Positions 1-7,100 of a DNA stretch of 64,000 nucleotides are shown piece by piece (the first letter of the stretch is position 1; the number at the start of each line of letters is the position of its first letter). Source of the DNA: Flavobacteriales bacterium (GTDB taxonomy: Bacteria; Bacteroidota; Bacteroidia; Flavobacteriales_F; PHOS-HE28); assembly GCA_017987115.1 (NCBI GenBank), contig JAGNUG010000005.1:669-64668 (forward strand), read 5' to 3'. The notes under the pieces were generated by a model. That model ran no database searches, was not told the DNA's origin, and saw only the letters and a list, made by a program, of their open reading frames with translations. The position numbers and the translations under genes are program-made.

Positions 1-2
1 TG

Positions 3-104
3 CTACAACAGTACGTTCGAAAAGAATTTCAAAGTGATCAAAATGGATGGTATCCGCTGATCATCTAATTGGGGCCTAAGGGCTGCCAACTACGTGTTTA
101 GCGC
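3..104 (+). repeat. Short attC-like site at the left edge (tentative)
   Basis: CTACAAC at 3-9 and GTTTAGC at 96-102. The flanking arms AAC-A(gt)ACGT and ACGT-GTT can pair. The upstream cassette is outside the window. Confidence 0.35.
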
Positions 105-456
105 ATAGCCGACCATCGGGCAAGGCAACGCGTCCTAGAAAGACCGTGGACGTGTTCATTGAGCTCACCCTGGTGTTGCGGCCCTTCAACTTCAGCACGC
201 TCAGCACCAAAGCCTATGGATATGCTGCGTGATCCCACGTTCCCGGCGTTGCTGATCGTGCTCTATGGGCTATTGCCGGTGTATGTTCTGGACCGGATGA
301 TGGAGCGGAAGGCGCGACCCCGTGCGTTGATACCCAGTTAGCGCTGCTTGAACCAACGGCTCTGTGCTATCTTCAGTTTCTTAACCACCGATAACTATAC
401 ACATGTTAGTACCAAAGCCTTGGGCAAGATCCGCAGCCCATGGGAAGCCTTGGACC

Positions 457-566
457 TGTAAAACGCTATTGGGCTTTACATGCCCCAATAGTGAACTAGA
501 AACCACTCCAAGCACAAACCAAGTCCGGAAATAAACCCTACTGTTGTTACAACCGACTAGTTGTAG
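457..566 (+). repeat. attC-like module equal to the right arm of the class B repeat, standing alone
   Basis: Near-identical to the last ~110 nt of every B copy (aaaacgctattgggctttacatgcccc...ctgttgttacaaccgactaG|TTGTAG). AAC(gc)TATTGGG can pair with CCGACTA-GTT. It lacks the FN3 fragment and the B left arm. Confidence 0.5.
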
Positions 567-589
567 GTAATACAATCGCATAACGACCC

Positions 590-1111
590 ATGAGTTTTCG
601 ATTCGACGAAGACATGCTCACAGTAATGAAGCTTGCGAAGGAACAATCACAAGCAGGAAAGAATTCATACATCGAGAATGAGCACATCCTTTCTGGCATA
701 CTAGGTCTACAAGATTCAAGTGCTAAAACCATCCTGGTTAAGTATGGCTATGCGACTGCTAGCACCGACATCATTAGCTCCGATTCTGCAACAAGGGAGC
801 ACGAAGACCTGGTAATTTTGAGGCATGAAGGAGAGCTAACGCTGCGGGATAGTGCTCTTGAAGCACTGGTATGGGGTGCGGACATAATTTCACCTATTCA
901 TGTATTACTAAGTATACTTCGTCGCCGCCAAAAGAAAGATACTGCATTTCTAAATCTCACCTCTGCAAACCTTTCCTACGAAATAGTAGAGCTTGAATTA
1001 TTATCAGGTATATACTCAACTTCAAAAATCCGCTTTCGCCTGAGTAAATTGTTCCATCATCCTTATTTGCGTACCAGCAAGATTAAAAGGTGTATTGCTC
1101 CATTAGCCTGA
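590..1111 (+). CDS. Clp N-terminal (Clp_N/Clp R) domain-only protein
   Basis: 173-aa ATG ORF starting 29 nt after the cassette junction. 'AGKNSYIENEHILSGILGL' and a second 'ALEALVWGADIISPIHVLLSIL' resemble the two Clp_N repeats. No AAA+ module. Confidence 0.55.
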   Translation: MSFRFDEDMLTVMKLAKEQSQAGKNSYIENEHILSGILGLQDSSAKTILVKYGYATASTDIISSDSATREHEDLVILRHEGELTLRDSALEALVWGADIISPIHVLLSILRRRQKKDTAFLNLTSANLSYEIVELELLSGIYSTSKIRFRLSKLFHHPYLRTSKIKRCIAPLA

Positions 1112-1128
1112 CGAAAAGAAATGAAAAC

Positions 1129-1214
1129 TACCTACAACAACACCTATCAAACAAAGCCGCACAAAGCCACTCGCAAGGCCTTGCTTCGTTTTATAGCTGT
1201 GGCCCGTTGTAGCC
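1129..1214 (+). repeat. Short attC-like site
   Basis: R'' TACCTACAAC (1129-1138) and R' GTTGTAG (1206-1212) are exact complements. R'' also matches the cassette start at 561-569. Confidence 0.7.
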
Positions 1215-1221
1215 AATTAGA

Positions 1222-1665
1222 ATGAAATACCTGTCCGTCTTACTTGTGCTCGTCATGATCACTTCTTGCTGCAACTGTGAGGATAAGAAGTACAATCCAA
1301 CCGGTATTGATCCATCCTCCATGTCTGAGAAAGAACTTTATTTGACCTATGGGCTTGAAGTTCCTGATGATTTTTACCTTATGCTCCAATCCCAGATTGA
1401 GAAGAAGGAAATTGGTATTGAGCTATACTGCGCACAACTTCAAATTGAAAATCAAGTCTCTCATCTGGTTAATGTTGCCATCCAAGTGGACTCTCTTGAA
1501 ATATTAACTGCATCCGTAACACGAAGTGATTACTCGAATAAGGTGAACAAATTGATTGAAAATATAGTTATCGGGCGTGAATGGACTTATGAGACCGAGA
1601 AACACAGTTCAGGAGATTTCGATTTTCGTTTGGACTTGCAGAAACTTTGCGTAATGAAAAGATAA
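1222..1665 (+). CDS. Hypothetical lipoprotein
   Basis: 147 aa with signal peptide and lipobox-like 'LVLVMITSCC'. AT-rich cassette ORF. Confidence 0.6.
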   Translation: MKYLSVLLVLVMITSCCNCEDKKYNPTGIDPSSMSEKELYLTYGLEVPDDFYLMLQSQIEKKEIGIELYCAQLQIENQVSHLVNVAIQVDSLEILTASVTRSDYSNKVNKLIENIVIGREWTYETEKHSSGDFDFRLDLQKLCVMKR

Positions 1666-1666
1666 C

Positions 1667-1792
1667 TGGTTACAACATGCTCTTGCCGCAAACAGCCCTC
1701 GTCCCGGTGCCAACTCCCGTTGAAGCATGATAACTTCGTCCAGGAACAAGATCACGAAAGGCGGCCTGCGGCAAGCGCAGGCCCGCTAGGGG
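1667..1792 (+). repeat. Class A attC-like site, copy 1 (~125 bp)
   Basis: TGGTTACAAC...GCCGCAAACAGCCC...GGCGGCCTGCGGCAAGCGCAGGCCC-GCTAGGG. R' is degenerate (GCT instead of GTT). R'' is complementary to the cassette start at 1207-1215 in 8 of 9 positions. Confidence 0.7.
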
Positions 1793-1810
1793 CAATTAAA
1801 AAAGACACAC

Positions 1811-2884
1811 ATGAGAAGAATAACAATTATACTACTGACCATGCTGACTATGACAGCATACGGACAGACCAACAAAGAAAAAGCCTACGACCTTGGCATG
1901 AAAGCCATAAAAGAAATGGATGCTGGCAAAATCAGGGACGCAATAAAATTATTGGAGCAATCCAAAGAACTCGACCCTGACAATATTGACTACCCATACG
2001 AAATAGCCTATGCCCACTACCTTGACAAAAGCTACACAGACGCTATCAAAATCCTAAAAGGATTGACTAAGCACGATAAAGTAAATGATCGAATCTACCA
2101 AATGCTTGGAAACTGTTACGACATGGAAAAAAATCCGGACAAGGCCATAGAGACTTATGAAACTGGACTAAAATTCTATCCAAATTCTGGCATACTCTAC
2201 TTGGAAAGGGGAAACATGGAGTTTGTCAAAGAGGACTATAACAAAGCCCTTGGTTATTACGAGCAAGGCATTGAAGTGCAGCCAAAATTTTCTTCCAACT
2301 ACTATTGGGCAGCCAAAATCTTCATGAGTTCAACAGAGGAAGTTTGGGGACTATTATATGGAGAAATTTTCATGAACCTTGAACGTAACAGCAACAGGAC
2401 TGCAGAAATCAGCGAGCTACTATACAACACCTATAAAAGCCAAATAACTTTTACATCGGATACTTCAATGACCGTTAGTTTTTGCCAGCAAATGACAATG
2501 AACATTAACGAAATCTCGGAGGACAGGGAAATGAAACTTCCCTTCTGCATGATTTACGAGCCTACTTTACTATTGTCTGTAGCTTTTGCCAAATCAATTG
2601 ACATCAAATCGTTAGACGATATTAGAACAAGTTTTGTAGAGAACTATTACAAGATGGGGCACAACAAAACTCATCCAAACGCTCTATTTGATTATCAAAA
2701 GCAAATCATGGACAATGGACATTTAGAAGCATATAATCACTGGATTCTGATGAAAGGAGACGAAGACGCTTTTTCTACTTGGAATGACAGTAACAAGGAC
2801 AAATGGGACAGCTTTGTAGCTTGGTTTTCTGAAAATCCCATTGAAATATCCGACACTAACAGATTTTACAGTGGACAGTATTAA
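1811..2884 (+). CDS. Secreted TPR-repeat protein
   Basis: 357 aa with N-terminal signal peptide 'ILLTMLTMTAYGQ'. Several 34-aa TPR-like units in the first ~170 aa (e.g. 'AIKLLEQSKELDPDN', 'AIETYETGLKFYPNS', 'ALGYYEQGIEVQPKF'). Confidence 0.75.
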   Translation: MRRITIILLTMLTMTAYGQTNKEKAYDLGMKAIKEMDAGKIRDAIKLLEQSKELDPDNIDYPYEIAYAHYLDKSYTDAIKILKGLTKHDKVNDRIYQMLGNCYDMEKNPDKAIETYETGLKFYPNSGILYLERGNMEFVKEDYNKALGYYEQGIEVQPKFSSNYYWAAKIFMSSTEEVWGLLYGEIFMNLERNSNRTAEISELLYNTYKSQITFTSDTSMTVSFCQQMTMNINEISEDREMKLPFCMIYEPTLLLSVAFAKSIDIKSLDDIRTSFVENYYKMGHNKTHPNALFDYQKQIMDNGHLEAYNHWILMKGDEDAFSTWNDSNKDKWDSFVAWFSENPIEISDTNRFYSGQY

Positions 2885-2900
2885 AAGAATGAAAAAACTG

Positions 2901-2963
2901 GCGCTAACAAAACCTATACGCAATACCCTTCGGGACACTGCTCTTAGCCAAATCGTTAGCAGC
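2901..2963 (+). repeat. Short attC-like site (~63 bp)
   Basis: GCGCTAAC (2901-2908) ... GTTAGCA (2955-2961). The same right arm recurs in the hybrid site at 9657-9710. Confidence 0.65.
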
Positions 2964-3011
2964 AATGTAAAACGAGAGGATTTTTGTACCTAGGAGATAA
3001 CACGAACTAAA

Positions 3012-3338
3012 TTGAACGAAAAGGAAAACACAAACTGGTTTGACGAACTGACTGAGATTTTCGGTTGGATTCAAATCATGTTTTCCCCTACTCTAGTTGG
3101 ACTTGCCCTCGGTGGACTTTACTACTTGTACTCGCCAGACACTATCGGCAAGATCTTAGGGTCTACGATTGCCATTATCGGACTTATCATTGGAATAATT
3201 TGGGCGACTAAAGTCAAGAAGAAATACGGTACAATTTGGTTCATTTCAAGAAACATGGCGACACCAGAATTAGACACCAGAAACGACTCTACCGAAAACA
3301 AGAAAGCAACTAAAAACACTGCTGCCAACAAAGGCTAA
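3012..3338 (+). CDS. Small membrane protein (2 predicted TM helices)
   Basis: 108 aa from a TTG start. An ATG at 3078 would cut into the first hydrophobic helix. Helices 'FSPTLVGLALGGLYYLY' and 'STIAIIGLIIGIIWA'. Confidence 0.5.
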   Translation: MNEKENTNWFDELTEIFGWIQIMFSPTLVGLALGGLYYLYSPDTIGKILGSTIAIIGLIIGIIWATKVKKKYGTIWFISRNMATPELDTRNDSTENKKATKNTAANKG

Positions 3339-3388
3339 ACCACATGCCTCCAACCGTTGCGCGTTGCTTTAGCCAGACCGTTGTATCC
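3333..3388 (+). repeat. Short attC-like site
   Basis: GGCTAAAC (3333-3340) overlaps the stop codon. Internal inverted repeat GGCTAAA/TTTAGCC. R' GTTGTAT at 3380-3386. Confidence 0.5.
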
Positions 3389-3431
3389 AATAACATCAAG
3401 CGGCCCCCCACCCCCTACTCCACCACCACCA

Positions 3432-4103
3432 TCACTGCCCCATTGCAGAGCGTAGCGTGTAAATGTTCATCGGGTACGGGCCACCAATTGCCGGTGGCAA
3501 AAGGCCGGTGGCGTCGGGTACGGGGGCAGTAGTGCGGTTCGCAGAGGTATACGGCCACTTTATCCAAGAGACGTAAGCACGGCGTAACGGGCCAAATGAC
3601 ACGAGCCTTACGTGGCAAGCAGTTAAGTGCGCAGCACTGGCCAGTGGCTGTTCGGTTGGTGGTTGAGGCTTCTTGGTTCTTGGCTTTTTGGCTTGTGGTA
3701 GTAGGGCCAAGGGTTCTGGGTAGCATTGGCGCAAGAGCTGGCAGCGCAGTGCATTGGGCAATGCAAAGGCCTGGAACTGTTCGGTAGGCAATAGGCGCAG
3801 GTAATGAGGTGTCAGGTAGTTGTCCTCCACATGCTTTTTCCAGCTTTTGAACGCTTTCACCAATTCATCCGCACGGGATTGCTGCCCCTTAGGCAAGGCG
3901 GTTAGTTGTGTACGCACCTTAGTTTCTTCCTGCAAGAGGATACGCCGCAATGCCTTGGCCAATGCACGGGGTGGCACCAGCCGGCCGGCGCGGGGTTCGC
4001 AATAGCACAGGAATACTTCGTTGAGGGTGACCGTGACCTGCACAGTTGCAACAGCTCGCTTGCGGCATGGCACTTCAATGCCTATGCTCGCGCTCCTACT
4101 CAT
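3432..4103 (-). CDS. Hypothetical protein (candidate iteron-binding initiator or regulator)
   Basis: 223-aa ORF in the high-GC cassette, divergent from the FN3 gene, with the iteron array immediately upstream. The first ~130 aa look protein-like. The C-terminal part is Pro/Lys-rich, so the true 3' extent is uncertain. No family recognised. Confidence 0.45.
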   Translation of the reverse strand: MSRSASIGIEVPCRKRAVATVQVTVTLNEVFLCYCEPRAGRLVPPRALAKALRRILLQEETKVRTQLTALPKGQQSRADELVKAFKSWKKHVEDNYLTPHYLRLLPTEQFQAFALPNALRCQLLRQCYPEPLALLPQAKKPRTKKPQPPTEQPLASAAHLTACHVRLVSFGPLRRAYVSWIKWPYTSANRTTAPVPDATGLLPPAIGGPYPMNIYTLRSAMGQ

Positions 4104-4269
4104 GGGTAGGGTCGTATTTGTTCAGGTATGTGCCTAAACCCAGTACCATGGGCAGATGCGCTCTACCGGTTGCTTCTGCTTCCTTGCGCGTGCGTACCAT
4201 ACACGCTCTGTTGTGCGTGGTATGGAACACACATTCGAAGATCTGGCTGCTATCTGGATCGGGTCTGCT

Positions 4270-4540
4270 TGGAACATGCGCGTGTTACCGGTCATCGTGC
4301 GCATGTTGCATCCTATCACGGGCATTTCTCCCGCTATCATGCGCATGTTAGCACCTAACACGGGCATTTCTCCGCCTATCATGCGCATGTTACATCTTGT
4401 CACGAGCAGTTCTCGGGCTATCATGCGCATGTTGGATCCTAACTCGGGCATTTCTCCGCCTATCACGCGCATGTTAGCGGCTATAACGGGCATATCTTGG
4501 GCTATTATGCGCATGATGGAATGTATAACGCGCATGTATT
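4270..4540. repeat. Iteron-like tandem array: about 6.5 units of 42 bp
   Basis: The palindrome ATGCGCAT (or ACGCGCAT/GTGCGCAT) sits at 4298, 4339, 4381, 4423, 4465 and 4507, exactly 42 bp apart, with half-period copies near 4276 and 4528. Each unit also carries CACGGGCATTTCTCC, and a further copy of that motif lies at 4604-4618. Confidence 0.85.
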
Positions 4541-4660
4541 GATATTTCTTGTGGGTGCCATTTGTTAAGACTTTGGTAGAACCCGAAAAAATAAACGTCC
4601 TGTTCACGGGCATTTCATGGGTTTATTAACAATATTCGTTTTTTTCACATGTCACGGCCA
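4541..4660. promoter_or_regulatory. AT-rich tract next to the iterons (candidate unwinding element or promoter region)
   Basis: gatatttcttg...gaaaaaataaacg...gtttattaacaatattcgtttttttcac is clearly AT-rich inside an otherwise ~58% GC cassette. Confidence 0.3.
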
Positions 4661-4757
4661 TACTCTTTGCGGTTAAAGTCCTTGGCCAGCAACACAGCCG
4701 AGGCCAGAGACAAACGGACGCACTCGAAGTCGAACGGAACCTAAACAACGAACAACC

Positions 4758-5375
4758 ATGAAACTGATCAAAGCAGGAACAAGCGGCTTAAATGCCGTGA
4801 GCCTCATCGCAAAGGCGGAGTACGTGGAAGGCAAGATGAAGACCAATCTGAACTTCGCCACCCCGAACCCGGCTATCACTGAGGTTACCGCTGCACGGGA
4901 AGCATTGGTAACGGCCGTAGCGCAAGCTGAAAGCCGTTCCTTCGCCGACCTCGCAGTACGCAACGCCCAGACCGTGGTCCTTCGCACCTTACTGGTGAAC
5001 CTTGCACGCTATGTGAATAACGTAGCCCTGGGTGATGTGGACAAGGCCGTGAGTAGCGGTTTTGAGCCGGCCAAAAAGCCGGAGCCCAGCACCCACTTGG
5101 ACCCACCGGTAAAACTAGAGGCGCGCGTAAGCGACTTCGAGGGTAGCGTGGACCTCTTGTGGAAGCGCGTGGAGGATGCCCGCATGTACCAGGTGTACAT
5201 CAACGACGGCGACCCATCGGATGCCACCAAGTGGTCGATGGTAGCTGTTAGCAGTCGCACGCGTACCCGCATTACGGATCTGGTACCGGGTAAGTTCTAC
5301 TCGTTCCGCGTAACCGCCCTCGGTCGTATCGGGGAAGGTCCCGCGAGCGATGTGGTAAGTGGCCGCGCCGCGTAA
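4758..5375 (+). CDS. Fibronectin type III domain protein (helical N-terminal half + C-terminal FN3)
   Basis: 205 aa. The C-terminus 'LLWKRVEDARMYQVYIND...TRITDLVPGKFYSFRVTALGRIGEGPAS' matches the FN3 pattern (W, Y-x-V, L-x-PG-x-Y-x-F-R-V-x-A). High GC. Its last ~110 nt and the 230 nt downstream are the master copy of the class B repeat core. Confidence 0.7.
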   Translation: MKLIKAGTSGLNAVSLIAKAEYVEGKMKTNLNFATPNPAITEVTAAREALVTAVAQAESRSFADLAVRNAQTVVLRTLLVNLARYVNNVALGDVDKAVSSGFEPAKKPEPSTHLDPPVKLEARVSDFEGSVDLLWKRVEDARMYQVYINDGDPSDATKWSMVAVSSRTRTRITDLVPGKFYSFRVTALGRIGEGPASDVVSGRAA

Positions 5376-5603
5376 GCGACCCCACAACTTCTTCTTCACT
5401 AGCATCCGCCCCGGTCCCGCAAAGGCCGGGGCGGGGTGCGTTAAGGGGTGCGTATGAACCGGTGAAGTATCTATCTTGGTGGGCCGGTTGTAATAAAACG
5501 CTATTGGGCTTTACATGCCCCACTAGTGAACTAGTAACCACTCCAAGCACGAACCAAGTCGGGAGATGAACGCTGCTGTTGTTACAACCGACTAGTTAGA
5601 ACA
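5262..5603 (+). repeat. Master copy of the class B repeat core (FN3 3' end + terminator + attC-like right arm)
   Basis: Near-identical to the right-hand ~340 bp of the full-length B copies (B3 shares only the first ~220 bp). Ends ...caaccgactaG|TTAGAAC (R' at 5595-5601). Confidence 0.85.
5406..5434 (+). terminator. GC-rich hairpin downstream of the FN3 gene (also present in every B copy)
   Basis: CCGCCCCGG (5406-5414) pairs with CCGGGGCGG (5426-5434): a perfect 9-bp stem with an 11-nt loop. No U-tract, so intrinsic-terminator function is inferred only. Confidence 0.5.
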
Positions 5604-5612
5604 AATTTTACA

Positions 5613-6263
5613 ATGGAGCAGAAAGTGAAAGAAGCAGTCGAGCTATTGCTGAATCCAAAATCAGCGAAACGTGAGTCGGGAGCAAAAAGACTTAGGAAGC
5701 TTGAATCGATTGAATCAGGTCCTTACCTGGTTCAAGCATTAGAAAAAGAGATTGCGGATGTTCGAACTTGGTCTACCCAATATCATCTTATCCTTGCTAT
5801 TGGTCATTCACAGTATGAAGCAGCTCTGCCATTTCTCATGAAACTTGCCAAAGAGAATTTTGAAGCAACAATTTTGTATTCTGGACTGGGTGATTCAATT
5901 TTTCGACTTCTAAGTATTAGTCATACTGTAGATGATTCGTTAGAACAAGTCTATGCCTTTGATAATTATATTTTGACGAAGGGGGCTTTTAGAGCCCTTG
6001 CTCTTCTACATATTGTCCCTGATGATAGTACTATTTCGGAACTATTAAACAAAGCTAGTGACCCAAGAGCTATTGAGGCTGTAAAAGGTTATCCCAATGA
6101 CCAAACTGGATTGAGGCTCTGGGTAGCGGCGGCAAGTGCTGGCTGGAGAGAGGAGTTAAAATCGAAATTCTTGGATGACTGCAGTACGATTCAGGACGGT
6201 CGATTGACGTTAGCCGTAGAAAATTCCAGAAAAGGAAAATATGTAAAGTGGGGACCATATTAA
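5613..6263 (+). CDS. HEAT/ARM-like repeat protein
   Basis: 216 aa. 'NPKSAKRESGAKRLRKLESIESGPYLVQALE' and later helical pairs resemble HEAT_2-type repeats. AT-rich cassette ORF. Confidence 0.55.
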   Translation: MEQKVKEAVELLLNPKSAKRESGAKRLRKLESIESGPYLVQALEKEIADVRTWSTQYHLILAIGHSQYEAALPFLMKLAKENFEATILYSGLGDSIFRLLSISHTVDDSLEQVYAFDNYILTKGAFRALALLHIVPDDSTISELLNKASDPRAIEAVKGYPNDQTGLRLWVAAASAGWREELKSKFLDDCSTIQDGRLTLAVENSRKGKYVKWGPY

Positions 6264-6270
6264 ATGTAAC

Positions 6271-6398
6271 TTGCTCTAACATACGTTTGCCACAAGCCAC
6301 CCTCGTCCCGGTGACAACTCCCGTTGAAGCGTTGAACACTTCGTTCAGGAACAAGATCACGAAAGGCGGCCTGCGGCAAGCGCAGGCCCGTTAGCGGC
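6271..6398 (+). repeat. Class A attC-like site, copy 2
   Basis: TTGCTCTAAC...GCCACAAGCCACCC...GGCGGCCTGCGGCAAGCGCAGGCCC-GTTAGCG. R'' is complementary to the cassette start at 5596-5604 in 8 of 9 positions. Confidence 0.8.
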
Positions 6399-6423
6399 AC
6401 GCTAAAAACGACAACATACAATC

Positions 6424-6870
6424 ATGGAACTATTTGAATTTCCACAAAAAACAACTTGGGAAAAAAGAAATGCTTGGATTGAAAATGAAATCGAACAGAG
6501 TATGACAGGTGGAAGTTATTTGGTAAGTGACCATTCAACGGCATTATTTGCAGACTTACAAGCTTGCTATTGCATAGGCGCTTGGATTTCAGTAATTGTC
6601 CTTTCAATATCAATTATTGATTCGCATTTACGCGAAACTGAAGCTTTAAATGTGAAAGTCGGAACAGCCAAATTATTGGATGATTATTACTTCGGTAAGG
6701 ATGATATTAATTGGCTCAGGAAACTCAGAAATCGGTATGTTCATGTTGACATTGATAATCCAGCTCTAGAAATGAACCACCAATACTTAAATAGAAAACA
6801 GTTAGAAAGTGATGCGACTAGAGCTGTGAAAATGATAATTCAAGCTTTCTTTCAAAGCCCAGGAACATAA
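6424..6870 (+). CDS. Hypothetical protein with a HEPN-like Rx4H motif
   Basis: 148 aa. 'NWLRKLRNRYVHVD' contains R-N-x-x-x-H, the signature of several HEPN families, in a predicted helical context. Motif-level evidence only. Confidence 0.5.
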   Translation: MELFEFPQKTTWEKRNAWIENEIEQSMTGGSYLVSDHSTALFADLQACYCIGAWISVIVLSISIIDSHLRETEALNVKVGTAKLLDDYYFGKDDINWLRKLRNRYVHVDIDNPALEMNHQYLNRKQLESDATRAVKMIIQAFFQSPGT

Positions 6871-6881
6871 AACATTAAAAA

Positions 6882-7094
6882 ATGAAATATAGAATTGACG
6901 AGATAAATATTGGAGATGAAGTGATTTTTGAATCGACCTCTATCCAGAGCAATTATGACTTATATTGGAAAGTTATCGGAAAGAATAAAACTCAATTGAT
7001 GATAGAACTTAAAGAAATGGGACACGATGAAAATTGGACAATCGAAATATTTGAAGTCAAAGGAGTTCTACCGACAGGAAGAAGTGAAAAATGA
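6882..7094 (+). CDS. Small hypothetical protein (second gene of a two-gene cassette)
   Basis: 70 aa. Starts 11 nt after the preceding stop and lies in the same cassette. Confidence 0.45.
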   Translation: MKYRIDEINIGDEVIFESTSIQSNYDLYWKVIGKNKTQLMIELKEMGHDENWTIEIFEVKGVLPTGRSEK

Positions 7095-7100
7095 AAGCCA

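Noticed and set aside
159-341. 60-aa ORF in the GC-rich segment at the left edge
   Set aside because: Weak start context and no recognisable features beyond one hydrophobic stretch. It ends on a putative G|TT junction. A 41-aa version from ATG 219 is possible, so it is left unannotated.
1720-1980. 86-aa ORF upstream of and overlapping the TPR gene
   Set aside because: It starts inside the class A attC site and overlaps the 5' end of the TPR gene (1811-2884) in another reading frame. It has an Arg/His-rich composition.
4134-4613. 159-aa (- strand) and 128-aa (+ strand, 4156-4542) ORFs encoding 14-aa repeat proteins
   Set aside because: Both strands are open only because the 42-bp DNA repeat lacks stops. 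The units are centred on a DNA palindrome. This is better explained as iterons or operators.
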